A stretch of 64,000 nucleotides of DNA from positions 1-64,000 of the IMG/VR virus record IMGVR_UViG_2905984197_000003. One strand, given 5' to 3'. How positions within the stretch are numbered: the first letter of the stretch is position 1; each line of letters opens with the position of its first letter. The translations under genes were made by a program, and so were the position numbers. Of this stretch, positions 10,801-20,574 are shown in pieces. Below the pieces are notes generated by a model. That model saw nothing but the letters and a program-made list of their open reading frames with translations, was not told the DNA's origin and ran no database searches. This DNA comes from a virus. Taxonomy: Duplodnaviria > Caudoviricetes.

Positions 10801-12625
10801 TTTTATCGCCTTTATAAGTTGGCAAATCTCCAACAATGGTTAAGCATGGAATTGATTGTAAACATTTATCATAGGACAAATTTCCGAAGGCATCGTACAA
10901 TTTATTTCTCTCGTAAATGTTGACTTTTTCAACCAGGTTATCCATGTCAGCAATGAAGTTCGACAACATCTGATCGGCGTTTAGATTATTATTGTAAACC
11001 CTAATATTATATAGATTAATATTACAGTCACTGCTTCCAATGGTAATGTTTTGAGGAGCTTGCTGTAAAAAGCTGTCTAATGAATTATACTGATATAATG
11101 AAGATATAATTCCATTGATATACACAAACACCAATCTTTGGTCTGCAACCTTTGTAACGACTACACTTACACGGATCCTTTCTTCTTCTTTGAAAAAAAT
11201 TGAAGTTCCATCCTGCTCAGAACTGAACGAAAACGAATTTGAGGTAGCAACAAATCCGACATTTCCATTTTTGCAAGAAAAAATAGTACTGTCACTGTTT
11301 TTTATATCTGAAGTTGAAAATTCAAATTCTAATGTTTTACCACCTGTTTTAAAATCGTTATCAAAAATTTTGAAAGGAATCTCAACCCTCGCATTTCCGC
11401 TCACTTTAAGCGCCACAGACCCTTTTGGATCTTGAATCCAACCATTGGTGCTGAAATCAAAATCAGTAAGCGTACATGACAAGCTTTTGTACTTCCATTC
11501 GTTTTTGTTCGTTTCAGAATTACTTCGGTTTCGGCTTGATAAAAACAATTCTAAACCTAATGTTTCCGCTTCTACCTGAATATCGAAAGCAGTTACAACT
11601 ACTGAAGTATTTTTCGTGACATTGCCACATTTAAAAGTCACAGTGTGCGCACCTGAGTCCATAAATGTATAGGTGAACTTCTGCAAACTTCTATTCACCA
11701 ATAATTCAGAAACCTTCACTCCATCGATCAAAATCTCAACATCGCTATAATTTGACGATGGTGAATACACCAGATATTCAATTGAAGCTGGAGCATATTG
11801 ATTTGCCACAACGTTATTTGCTGACGAAACCAAAGGCGTTAAATTCCCTGCCACAACGCAGATAATATCCGTCAAAACATGATTACTTTCGATGACCTCA
11901 CCAGATAAATCAGCAGTCATATATGCTTCTAAAACATGAACTCCGTGCGATTGTGCAGGGACTTCATAAAGAAGCTCTTTGTTATTAATTGAAGTAACTA
12001 CTGGCGGAAGAGCTGATCCATTTAATTTGAAATGAATTGTCTTCTCGATATTACCCGTTGGGATATACCGGAAAATGATTGGTCCCGAATTAATAGTGGT
12101 CTTGCCGTATGTAGTACTTAAAGCAAGTGCTATTGTTTGAATATCATATTTTAATTTTCTGTTATTTCCATAACTGTCCGTTATACTGAGAGTAATGGTA
12201 TTATCTCCCGCCAAAATAGATGACGTGATATCTATCTCATTGACTCCCTGGTCAATGTTTTTATTAAATAGGATCGTGTTTCCTTTTAAAATACTCGCAG
12301 TTCCCCCGCCAGTCTCACTACCATCAACGCTGTCGATGGATGACCACGAAAAAACTATTTTAACTTCACTTCCAAATGATCTTACGAACGATGCAGGTAT
12401 TTCAGATTTTGCTCGGAAAACAATTCCATTGGCTCCTCCGCTTCCCCCACCACCAGTCCCATATTCACTTTCTGACTTTTCTCCTAAAGCTGAATATGCG
12501 ATCTGCTTAATGATCTTTCCGTCTTCATTCTTAATGAAAAACATGACGGGATAAGTGAAATTATCTGCAACTTCTTTATCTGATCTTTCATATTTTGTGA
12601 AATAAATTCTTCCTGTATATCTCAT
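7802..12625 (-). CDS. Large tail/receptor-binding-like protein with a CotH-kinase-like domain and C-terminal LRR/BspA-like repeats (cassette 2)
   Basis: 1607 aa. GTSSQYYPRKNFKIKF, VDQRAKN and FYDNDT motifs, LEELDISNCPNL-type LRRs, BspA-like end IHVPPASVSAYKTATNWS. Confidence 0.7.
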   Translation of the reverse strand: MRYTGRIYFTKYERSDKEVADNFTYPVMFFIKNEDGKIIKQIAYSALGEKSESEYGTGGGGSGGANGIVFRAKSEIPASFVRSFGSEVKIVFSWSSIDSVDGSETGGGTASILKGNTILFNKNIDQGVNEIDITSSILAGDNTITLSITDSYGNNRKLKYDIQTIALALSTTYGKTTINSGPIIFRYIPTGNIEKTIHFKLNGSALPPVVTSINNKELLYEVPAQSHGVHVLEAYMTADLSGEVIESNHVLTDIICVVAGNLTPLVSSANNVVANQYAPASIEYLVYSPSSNYSDVEILIDGVKVSELLVNRSLQKFTYTFMDSGAHTVTFKCGNVTKNTSVVVTAFDIQVEAETLGLELFLSSRNRSNSETNKNEWKYKSLSCTLTDFDFSTNGWIQDPKGSVALKVSGNARVEIPFKIFDNDFKTGGKTLEFEFSTSDIKNSDSTIFSCKNGNVGFVATSNSFSFSSEQDGTSIFFKEEERIRVSVVVTKVADQRLVFVYINGIISSLYQYNSLDSFLQQAPQNITIGSSDCNINLYNIRVYNNNLNADQMLSNFIADMDNLVEKVNIYERNKLYDAFGNLSYDKCLQSIPCLTIVGDLPTYKGDKKTIVGEYENAQEPAKSFSYVNASVDVQGTSSQYYPRKNFKIKFNGGFKNGELNSSKYKLRDNSLAEKTFTFKADFMESSGSHNIGLARLAQDSLNQLGYLVPPQLVDPNIRTTMDGFPMLIFHRATPDSERIFLGKYNFNNDKSNEATTGFTGGQECWEFLNNTSDNTLFIATDFHSVDGSGKKLWKNDFEGRYPEDNEDTSNLEALHTWIVSCKNDPAKFKAEAKDHFNIQFLLFYYVFTEFFAMVDQRAKNQMFAMYPDAEGNNRWYLIFYDNDTVLGLNNEGHNVYDYWVEAHDQVGSGFVWNGALSELWKLVEVAFDTEITALYQQMRASGILTYDKCNTYFNTLESDKWAESIFNEDAKYKYIDPLVIAGNGSYLYTAQGSRKSHRNYWLLNRFRYMDGKYDTSTFSSDYITMRLYTPSGTPVVAPNANFLLTAQKDGYTKIKFGSYINRARLRKSVASLVQAPAITFNDTETIIYGASAIKDLGDLSGKYLGTLDVSKAMNLSRLRIGSQISGYSNQNLRNLFIGNNTILEELDISNCPNLKQSIDLTGCTSIKNISAAGTGITSVLLPKGGLLFSLILPNTANTLILDNQKFIKNSNLTFTASSITTLVIKDCPLMNVYDIATSLKNLARLRINNLNGSSTSSENFFPLINAKGIDDSGNTTPHSIVEGKWKFSTIYQEDKDFMEANWPDFKFTFSNIANFIQISNTTRKATLLSVYDTNGDKELSFTEARAITTIGVDTFDQSVHPSRSLDGSFNEFRFFINVEAIEDRAFSSNVFYISIIFPPNIKKIGSNVFNFNTNTAVFGSFDKIEELGDSPFQGRYLDINLFGNVRVYTVNSFGYMYPKAGKYTLPYITRIFNGMLSNNIDYANVEEGVTNFVDLSGSTRLERIDSYGLYIKMRSGEDVMTIILPASINYLENYCLPISASVGQSGVTKVIIKVLAATPPILVGTNIVADGIIIDKVEIHVPPASVSAYKTATNWSYFATRIYPIT

Positions 12626-12626
12626 T

Positions 12627-13379
12627 TTAATCTTCTTGTGTTAAATCAATAAAACCATCTGCTCCACCTCCAGGCATATTAACCTCAAGAACAGACCAAA
12701 CAAAACCGTCAAAGGAAATTATCCCGAAATTTTCAATCGTAACTCCCGAAGCATTTTCGTAGACTCCACTCCCTGCCCAAAACCATTTTGCTGATCCCGG
12801 CTTAACAATAATATTATCAGTAGGCCTTAAAATTCCTCCAAAGGCAAAATTTGCTTCTGGACTAACTTCAGACTCTTTAAGCAATTCTATCTGCTTCCTG
12901 TTTTCTTTGATATAGTCTACGATTTCCTGAAGCTCATCAAGATTATCATCATTAGAATCTAGTATTTCGTTGATTTCTGCAATCAGCTCAAGCATTTCAT
13001 TATCTTTTGCCTGAAGTATATTTACAATTTCCTCAGTTTGCTCCTTTGTATAGACATTTCCGGTCTCTTCACCATCGTCTATAGTGGCGGCTAGTTTAAT
13101 TTTTAATTTTTCTTTCCATTCTTCTACATTCTTAGCAGTAAGATTGGATGCATTAAGTTTTGCGAGCACTACATAATGTGCGTTTTCATCTTGCAGATGA
13201 TTTGTAAAAGTTGTGCTGGATACCGTTTTTTGAAAAGTTTCATTTAAACCCGTTACCTCATCCATCTTGATATTTTCATCTAAATGACGGAATGAAGAAA
13301 AGGTCTGCTGAAACTGATGTTCTGTGGGCATATCACCCTTTTCAAACCAGCTAAATATTGTTTTTAATGGTACTTTCAT
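12627..13379 (-). CDS. IFSWFExGD-family fibre-associated protein, copy 2
   Basis: 250 aa. First ~165 aa are highly similar to 5839..6690; the C-terminus is unrelated. Confidence 0.8.
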   Translation of the reverse strand: MKVPLKTIFSWFEKGDMPTEHQFQQTFSSFRHLDENIKMDEVTGLNETFQKTVSSTTFTNHLQDENAHYVVLAKLNASNLTAKNVEEWKEKLKIKLAATIDDGEETGNVYTKEQTEEIVNILQAKDNEMLELIAEINEILDSNDDNLDELQEIVDYIKENRKQIELLKESEVSPEANFAFGGILRPTDNIIVKPGSAKWFWAGSGVYENASGVTIENFGIISFDGFVWSVLEVNMPGGGADGFIDLTQED

Positions 13380-13909
13380 TATTATTGAAAATTAGTTTTG
13401 ATACAATTGATCATTTGAGGGAAAGTCTATTCTTGATGGACTTATTATAGATAAATAGAATTCTATATTTTTTGAGCAATTATTGATTTCCGCCCTCTTT
13501 TATCGTACTATCAATTAGTGAATTGTTAATAGGGTTGACACCTCAGAAAACATATATTTTCGCAATGTTTTTTTTGTAATTTTATTTTAAATCAACTATA
13601 TTCTCTTACGTTTTTTTCTATAGTGTTTTCTTGGTATACTTTTTTTGACTCCAATGATTATTCACATTCTTTAGAGTTCAAATTTCCTGTTTTCAGGGCT
13701 TTTATAAAAGTTTTTTGACCTTGCTATGCTGTAGTTGCAGTAATAAGTATTTTCTGAGAAATAATTATTTCATTCAAAAAGGAGTAATTTATTCCATAGT
13801 ATAGCATACAAAACCCATAATCAGAAAATTGCTGTCTTCAAACTATGGGCCTTGTGATAAATTACAGAAAGTTGTTCTTAATTTATTATAGAGAGTTTTT
13901 GCTTCTTAA
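13380..13909 (-). repeat. Conserved non-coding cassette leader, copy 2
   Basis: Homologous to 6691..7405. Carries one 36-bp motif (13707..13742) and a terminator-like hairpin (13810..13853). Confidence 0.9.
13707..13742 (-). promoter_or_regulatory. 36-bp conserved leader motif, copy C
   Basis: + strand AAAGTTTTTTGACCTTGCTATGCTGTAGTTGCAGTA. Confidence 0.6.
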
Positions 13910-16900
13910 TTAGATGTCATATTGCTTTGTATCAACAGGTTTTACATCAAATTTGAATCCTTTATTAGCAGCTATACCTGTTACTTTACAAAAACCAGGA
14001 ATCTTAAACATTGTCCCTACATTATCATGAGTCACTTCTATATAGCTGTCGCTATCATTAAAGATTTCAATACGCTGCCCTAATATTGGTTTTTGTGGTA
14101 ATCTTACCATTTCTCTTGTTACAATATAAATATGAGCATTTCTAGAATGTCTTACATCTCCATCTGTGTTATACAGAGGATTAAGAATCAACTGCCTAGA
14201 ATTGTTATTAATGTCAATTGTATCTACTGATAGATCTCCGGCTAGCTGAACTTTATCTTCGTCATTACCGATCTCTCTTCCTATACCAAGTAATTTTGCA
14301 TCAAAATGAATATTTAATCCTTCAAATCCATTAACTGATGAACCATATTTCAGATATTCATTTATTCTACCAGCATAAAATCTATCATTACTTAAATCTA
14401 CTAATCCTACTTCTCCTCCAATAAAGTCTTCTCCCAACGCTAACAAACCATAACCTAAGCTATCCATTAGTCTAATACTTCCAAATTGTGGAGCTTGTCC
14501 TGTCCCTAAATATTGGTCAATATTATTTAGATAAGATAAATTGAAATGGGTATGTGAACTTCCTCCTCCTGTCCCGGCATTCCATGAATTAATATTAGCT
14601 TGGGTTATATTATATACAGGATGTGATGTAGGAATGAAATTAGTATTAACCCATGTTTGTGTTGCATAATTCCCGGCTGGAATTCCACCTAAATTATCAG
14701 CATTCCTTGCACTATCTACTCTAACCCCATAAGTTTCGGAGCCATTTCCGCCTACTAATGTTGGGTAACTAGGAGTCCATTTTTGTTCTGCATCTACATT
14801 TGATTTTGAAGCGCCCCAAGGAGTTGTACCACTTGAAATATCAAATATAGTATGCCCATTTCCATAATTATTCCAGGTCATTTCTCTTAGAACTCGTCTA
14901 TTAGTAATCGCTGGTTGACCTACATAGTTCCAATGATAAGGTGGTGCTACATCTAATAACTGATTTAAGTTTACTGCATGATTTCCTAATGTACCATTGG
15001 GAATTACGGGGCTTTGATTAAATGTATTGGTGTTGTTAAACGTCTGAACTCCATTCAATGTGGCATAACTTCCCAACTGAGTATTTAAAGCAGATTGTGT
15101 AACATACCCATTCAAATTAGCAGAGGTTAGAAATCCTTGATTGTTTACCCAACTCTGTGTTGATAATGTATAAACTGCTATCTTTACTTGTTTCGTTCCT
15201 ACTGGTTCAGCTGAGTTATCAATTGAAATTACACGATTAACAGTTGTTATACCACCGCCACCGGTCGCTATAACTTTTACTGAAAACCCTTGCCAATACC
15301 ATAATCTTGGAAACCAAAAACATAGGTTTCCGTTGATGTTCATTGCAATGATAGTGGTAAGATCCGCATAGGTTGAATATCCTGATTGGTTGATGATGGT
15401 ATCTGCATAGATGTAACCCTGAACTTTTGTATCCATAGGTATGCCACCTCCGTACATATTACCCTTAATTTCTAAAAGAAAAGAGTCACCTGCAGAGTGA
15501 GAATAGTCAATATTTGTTGTGATCAACGTACCATCTGGAAAATCTCTATGTGAATTTACATACGAATCATCCTTACTATATTTTGTAAGCTGACCGCCGC
15601 CTCCCATAAGGAAGTAATCATCGGATGAATTATTTTTAATAAAACCTTGGGCTGTCACATTATCATTAACTTGCATGTTTCCGTTAAAGTAATGGAAATA
15701 ATTAGGATTTGGTGTTGACCTATAACCATGATGTCCAGTGTTATAATCCATGAAAATTCCAGAAGAATTAGAACCCCCATTTACATCAGCTCCATAGTAG
15801 TATAGATTATTGAACCATCCTGCAATAATATGGTCATTGTTTTTATCATATAATCCTGTCTCGCCTCCAAAGTAATTATCAGATAAAAATATATTTCTAC
15901 CTAAACTGTTGTCGAATGGTATATTAGCTCTGACAAACTTATTCTCATTAACCCAATTTTGACTAGCAATATTTACTTCTGTTCCATTAGAATGTTTAAC
16001 ATAAGGTGTTACTGCTGTACCTCCAACAAAACCTAAAGCAAATGCGCCATTTTCTGCAATTATCCTACTACCTATAATATTTTGAACATAATTTGTTGTA
16101 GCTACTTCACTATTTCCATAAAACAATTCACCTCCATAAGGTTGCAGATTTAATCGGTATGCAGTTGGGGTACCGTTTGCTCTTTGCTGTTGAATATATC
16201 CTTGTCCTGTACCTTCAACCCAATGCACAGTACCATAATTTGCATTATCATTAGCTAAAAATAATTTATAATTTGTTGGTAAAACACCTAAATCATTAGA
16301 ACCTACAGCATCTAAAGTATCAATGACAAGCCCACCAGTCATGGTATCACCTGCTTTATTTACTTTATTGTCTGGATTGAAATTACCTTCATGATACATT
16401 TTTCTCCAAGGCGTAGAGTCTGTCCTAAAAGATATATTTTCACCTCCTTTTTGCACTACAATTTGTGAGAACTCAGGAGTACCCATGTAGCTCATGTGAA
16501 GCAAGTTTGCATAAGCAAACGGTACGTTACCTGATGTAATATTGGGGTAAATATTGTAAAATCCTGTTTCTTTTGGTGTATCAATATTTACATAGGCATT
16601 TGGTGAGTAGCTACCTAACCCATACAAGTGATAATCTTCCATTATCCCCTCATGCCAAACATTAAAACCTTTATACCTGATATAATCAGTAGCAACACTT
16701 AATGAATGTTCAGGTTGCCAAGGAGCCGACCCCCAACCCATATAAACTCCATGTAAAGTATCTCCTGTTGTTAAAGCTCCAATACCTGCCAATCTATCCG
16801 AATTAGCCAAGGTTTCCCAAAATAATCCAGTAGCATTAAAGGTATCTGCTTGTTGAATTGTAATAGTTCCTTGCGCACTAATTCTACCACCTTCTGTTAA

Positions 16901-19540
16901 AGTACCACCTGATAATGGTAGATAATTGTTTAACTGACTTTGACTTACTTTAGCATTCCAATCACTTGCAGCACCAAAAGCCGATGTAAGAATGTTACCA
17001 TCATATGTAAATAAAACTTTTTCATCATAAGTTGCACCGCCATTTGATGAAAACTGGAAAGCGTAACCTTCACTACCATCACTACCATCTCTTTTGCTAC
17101 CTACCTTCCATCTTGTATTATAAAAATGATAAACATGTCCTGAAACAACAGTATTAACACCTGATGAAGTCTTCCAAACATCTACTTGATTGTCTTCATT
17201 ACCTAGGAATGATACTTGTGATGTTGGCGCAAAAGTTTTATCAGCAATTATTGTTTGTGGTGTATGAATCGTAACTACATTACTTAAATCTGCTGATGTA
17301 GCAAAATCACTAACAGGTTTATGACTACCACCACCTAAAAGTAAATAATCATTACTTGAGCCTTCTTTAATAAATCCTGCTGTACGAACATAATCGAAAC
17401 CATTACCATTAATATTCATGAAGTAAAATTCATTATCTCTATAACTAACAGTTCCAGCATAAAACCCAGGTTGGTGGAATGCTAATGTTGGATAAATTGT
17501 ACTACCGTTACCGTTAATCATTATACCAGCACCATTATAATCATTTCCAGTAGCACCAACAAACTCTTTTTTACCAGTAATTTGCTGTGCTGTGTTTCTT
17601 GTTACTGGGTCTAAATTACCAGCATGCCATAAGCCATACCCATTATAAGTAGGGGTTGATGCATTTGGTGATATTCTTAATCTTTGGGCTACGCCAGATT
17701 CAACAATGTTGAATTCTCCACCCAAAGATTCCATATGCCATTTAAGTACTCCATTTTCAGAAAATTGTAAGTGATTGTTTGATGCATTTATGTCTAATGC
17801 ACCAGTCATGGTATCACCTGACTTACTAACGTAACCAGATAATTGACTTTGGTCAACTGGATTTTGTAGATTAACATTATCCCATCCCTTTCTCCAACCA
17901 ATATCCATATGTCCTGACAGTCCTCTTGTATATGATTGACCTGTAATAACATCAACAGCAATTTGTGTAAATTCGTTTGGGCTTTTTCTATGTGTCCAAA
18001 CTGAACCATAATCCAATCCAGCAGGTCTACTTGTAGTATTATCATTAATTCCTAAAATAGAAGTTTCAGCAATATCATTAAGGTTATAATTTGTAGCACC
18101 TTCTTGACTTCTACCTAAGCCATAATTTCTATAATCAGGTAAATTACCTGCATGCCACATAACATTTCCTTTATATTGAATAATATCGGAATTAACTGAA
18201 AATGATGTACTGACTTCCCAAGGTGTTGAACCCCAACCCATATACATATATTCAAAACCTCCATTAACTGTAAGTGTACCAATACCTGATATATTCTGAG
18301 TATCATCAATAGACTGCCAAAACATTCCTGTTGCAGAACCACCTACTTCACCTTGCTGTACATAAATATTACCTCTAGCATCAATTTTACCGCCACTTGT
18401 TAAAGTCCCTCCTGATAATGGTAGATAGTTTCCCATCTGGGAATTTAACTGTCCTAAGTTAACTGCATGGTCATTTTGAATAGCATTAGGTACTGATATG
18501 TTAGTCCTAAAGGTAGTTAACAAATCTTCTACAACAATTTTTTCAATAGAGTTTCTATAAAAAACAACATGATTATCATTTAAAGTTCCTGCTAAAAATC
18601 CACCAGATGCAGATTGAACAAATCCTCTTGCATTTGCAGGGTCACCATTAAGAATCCATTGTGTATATGCACCAGTAAAACCTTTTATTCCATCAATATT
18701 TTGGTCGCCTGTTGTTCTTACATAACCAGATAGTTGACTTTGGTCTACTTTGGCATTCCATAAATTAGCAGAACCAAAATTAGATGTTAGTATATTACCA
18801 TCAGGTTGAATTAAAACTTTTTCATCATAAGTTGCACCAGCATCATCAGATAACTGAAAACTTAATCCTAAACTATTATCGCTACCTCCTCTTTTATTAC
18901 CTACTAACCAATTGGTGTTGTAATGGACATATTCATGTCCAGAAACTACTCCTATATCTCCTGTGGTTTTTCTGAATACTTTTACGTGATTTAAATCACT
19001 CCCTAAAAACTCAACTGCTGAAATAGGTGAAAAATACTTATTGGCTATAATAACTTGATTTGTATTTAAAGTAACAAAATTAGCATTAACCCAGTTCATA
19101 GTTGCTCCTTGGGTTTGTGTCCAATTATAAGCAATTGCCCAATCTATTGCACTTCCATAATTTAAAGTGGCAATATTTCCTTTTGAGTAAATTCCGTTAG
19201 CTGGAATGTATTGTTGGTCTGAATATTCATCAGAAGTTAATAAACCTCCAGTATTTATTTTTTTAGCTGTAACACCACCATTTGTAAGAAATGAAAAATT
19301 TGCACCACTATCATCATCAATACCTCTATAACTACCATTATCATATTTTTGCCAATAGTTTCCTAATTGATTTGATGTTACTAAATTTAAGTCAGAAATA
19401 AGTTCTGTATGTGTTCTTCTACTAATTTTTTTTGTAGTAGGGTTCCAAACCAAAACAAAACCTGCATCGTTTGGAACGCTTTTCACGATAATTTCGCCTT
19501 CAACGGCGACGTGATTATTAAAATATTCAGGTGCGATCAT
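13910..19540 (-). CDS. Long tail-fibre-like protein (cassette 3) with duplicated modules
   Basis: 1876 aa. YLPLSGGTLT, KxGDTMTG and GATYDEKVL each occur twice, with WHAGN/YHEGN fibre joints. C-terminal domain is paralogous to 1..4416. Confidence 0.8.
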   Translation of the reverse strand: MIAPEYFNNHVAVEGEIIVKSVPNDAGFVLVWNPTTKKISRRTHTELISDLNLVTSNQLGNYWQKYDNGSYRGIDDDSGANFSFLTNGGVTAKKINTGGLLTSDEYSDQQYIPANGIYSKGNIATLNYGSAIDWAIAYNWTQTQGATMNWVNANFVTLNTNQVIIANKYFSPISAVEFLGSDLNHVKVFRKTTGDIGVVSGHEYVHYNTNWLVGNKRGGSDNSLGLSFQLSDDAGATYDEKVLIQPDGNILTSNFGSANLWNAKVDQSQLSGYVRTTGDQNIDGIKGFTGAYTQWILNGDPANARGFVQSASGGFLAGTLNDNHVVFYRNSIEKIVVEDLLTTFRTNISVPNAIQNDHAVNLGQLNSQMGNYLPLSGGTLTSGGKIDARGNIYVQQGEVGGSATGMFWQSIDDTQNISGIGTLTVNGGFEYMYMGWGSTPWEVSTSFSVNSDIIQYKGNVMWHAGNLPDYRNYGLGRSQEGATNYNLNDIAETSILGINDNTTSRPAGLDYGSVWTHRKSPNEFTQIAVDVITGQSYTRGLSGHMDIGWRKGWDNVNLQNPVDQSQLSGYVSKSGDTMTGALDINASNNHLQFSENGVLKWHMESLGGEFNIVESGVAQRLRISPNASTPTYNGYGLWHAGNLDPVTRNTAQQITGKKEFVGATGNDYNGAGIMINGNGSTIYPTLAFHQPGFYAGTVSYRDNEFYFMNINGNGFDYVRTAGFIKEGSSNDYLLLGGGSHKPVSDFATSADLSNVVTIHTPQTIIADKTFAPTSQVSFLGNEDNQVDVWKTSSGVNTVVSGHVYHFYNTRWKVGSKRDGSDGSEGYAFQFSSNGGATYDEKVLFTYDGNILTSAFGAASDWNAKVSQSQLNNYLPLSGGTLTEGGRISAQGTITIQQADTFNATGLFWETLANSDRLAGIGALTTGDTLHGVYMGWGSAPWQPEHSLSVATDYIRYKGFNVWHEGIMEDYHLYGLGSYSPNAYVNIDTPKETGFYNIYPNITSGNVPFAYANLLHMSYMGTPEFSQIVVQKGGENISFRTDSTPWRKMYHEGNFNPDNKVNKAGDTMTGGLVIDTLDAVGSNDLGVLPTNYKLFLANDNANYGTVHWVEGTGQGYIQQQRANGTPTAYRLNLQPYGGELFYGNSEVATTNYVQNIIGSRIIAENGAFALGFVGGTAVTPYVKHSNGTEVNIASQNWVNENKFVRANIPFDNSLGRNIFLSDNYFGGETGLYDKNNDHIIAGWFNNLYYYGADVNGGSNSSGIFMDYNTGHHGYRSTPNPNYFHYFNGNMQVNDNVTAQGFIKNNSSDDYFLMGGGGQLTKYSKDDSYVNSHRDFPDGTLITTNIDYSHSAGDSFLLEIKGNMYGGGIPMDTKVQGYIYADTIINQSGYSTYADLTTIIAMNINGNLCFWFPRLWYWQGFSVKVIATGGGGITTVNRVISIDNSAEPVGTKQVKIAVYTLSTQSWVNNQGFLTSANLNGYVTQSALNTQLGSYATLNGVQTFNNTNTFNQSPVIPNGTLGNHAVNLNQLLDVAPPYHWNYVGQPAITNRRVLREMTWNNYGNGHTIFDISSGTTPWGASKSNVDAEQKWTPSYPTLVGGNGSETYGVRVDSARNADNLGGIPAGNYATQTWVNTNFIPTSHPVYNITQANINSWNAGTGGGSSHTHFNLSYLNNIDQYLGTGQAPQFGSIRLMDSLGYGLLALGEDFIGGEVGLVDLSNDRFYAGRINEYLKYGSSVNGFEGLNIHFDAKLLGIGREIGNDEDKVQLAGDLSVDTIDINNNSRQLILNPLYNTDGDVRHSRNAHIYIVTREMVRLPQKPILGQRIEIFNDSDSYIEVTHDNVGTMFKIPGFCKVTGIAANKGFKFDVKPVDTKQYDI

Positions 19541-20559
19541 TAATCCAATCTTGCGGTTAAGGTTATTCTATATTCATTCGGTGTTAACGGTGCCAAAACA
19601 TCTATCTGTACATCATTTTCTGTAATTGGGACACAGCTTACATTTATTCTTCTGTTATCTGCATTTCGGTAGCAGGTATAATCAACATTCCTGGTATTCC
19701 AATTATGATTAATAGGAAAAGTAACGGAAGAGCCATCTCCGATCAGCACTGTTTTAGATTTGATTTTTGCATCCAAAACAACTTTTGTAGATCTTGGAGT
19801 CATTGCTTTAACAGCGTCAGTTCCCGCAATAGCTTCAACATCTGTGGCTATTTGAATAAGCCCTTTCACTGTATCGGTAGCATCTACAATGTCAGGAATA
19901 CCTTTTTCTATAATCTGATAATTGGTAGAAACATTCGAAGCGTTATCAATATTAGCAATAAGATGATCACCGATAGAAACAGGCTCATTGCCAACCCAGC
20001 CATTTGCCGTAATTACCCATACCATACCTGTTTTGATGGTCGCCGATGTCATTGGTGACGGAGCGGTCATTGAGCCTTTAGCAGTTGAAGGAATATAACC
20101 TCCGGGCTGATAAATCAATGCTCCTGTAAGGCTTTGTCCTATAAAGTTTTCGACATACGTTTTAATCTTATTGGATGACCATGTAAATGTATTTGACTGA
20201 GTAGCATCATTCAGGAAAATAGAAACAATATCTGCATTGGTAAGATTTCGGCCCGCTACTTTAATAACATGCCCTGAACTATTGGTCAGGATCTGACTCA
20301 GCAACAAAAGTCCGTTGGTCTGATCTGTCTGAAAAGGATTATTAGTCAACGGATAATCAGGATGTACGTAATTTTGAGCCAAGTCAATCCATTCGGTTCC
20401 GTTCCATTGGTGCAACTGACGTTTATAATCAATTATCCAACCTGCAGGTACATTATCCGTACTTGGAAATGTATCAAAATATTGAAAACGGGTGCGTTTC
20501 AGTTCTCCGAAAAAATTATCCTGATGTGCGTTATTACTTATTATTGCGTTATTATTCAT
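19540..20559 (-). CDS. Tail-fibre-like / structural protein (cassette 3)
   Basis: 339 aa. ATDTVKGLIQIAT...AMTP fibre repeat and C-terminal INHNWNTRNVD domain; stop overlaps the next start. Confidence 0.7.
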   Translation of the reverse strand: MNNNAIISNNAHQDNFFGELKRTRFQYFDTFPSTDNVPAGWIIDYKRQLHQWNGTEWIDLAQNYVHPDYPLTNNPFQTDQTNGLLLLSQILTNSSGHVIKVAGRNLTNADIVSIFLNDATQSNTFTWSSNKIKTYVENFIGQSLTGALIYQPGGYIPSTAKGSMTAPSPMTSATIKTGMVWVITANGWVGNEPVSIGDHLIANIDNASNVSTNYQIIEKGIPDIVDATDTVKGLIQIATDVEAIAGTDAVKAMTPRSTKVVLDAKIKSKTVLIGDGSSVTFPINHNWNTRNVDYTCYRNADNRRINVSCVPITENDVQIDVLAPLTPNEYRITLTARLD

Positions 20560-20574
20560 AGTTTTTTTATTTTT

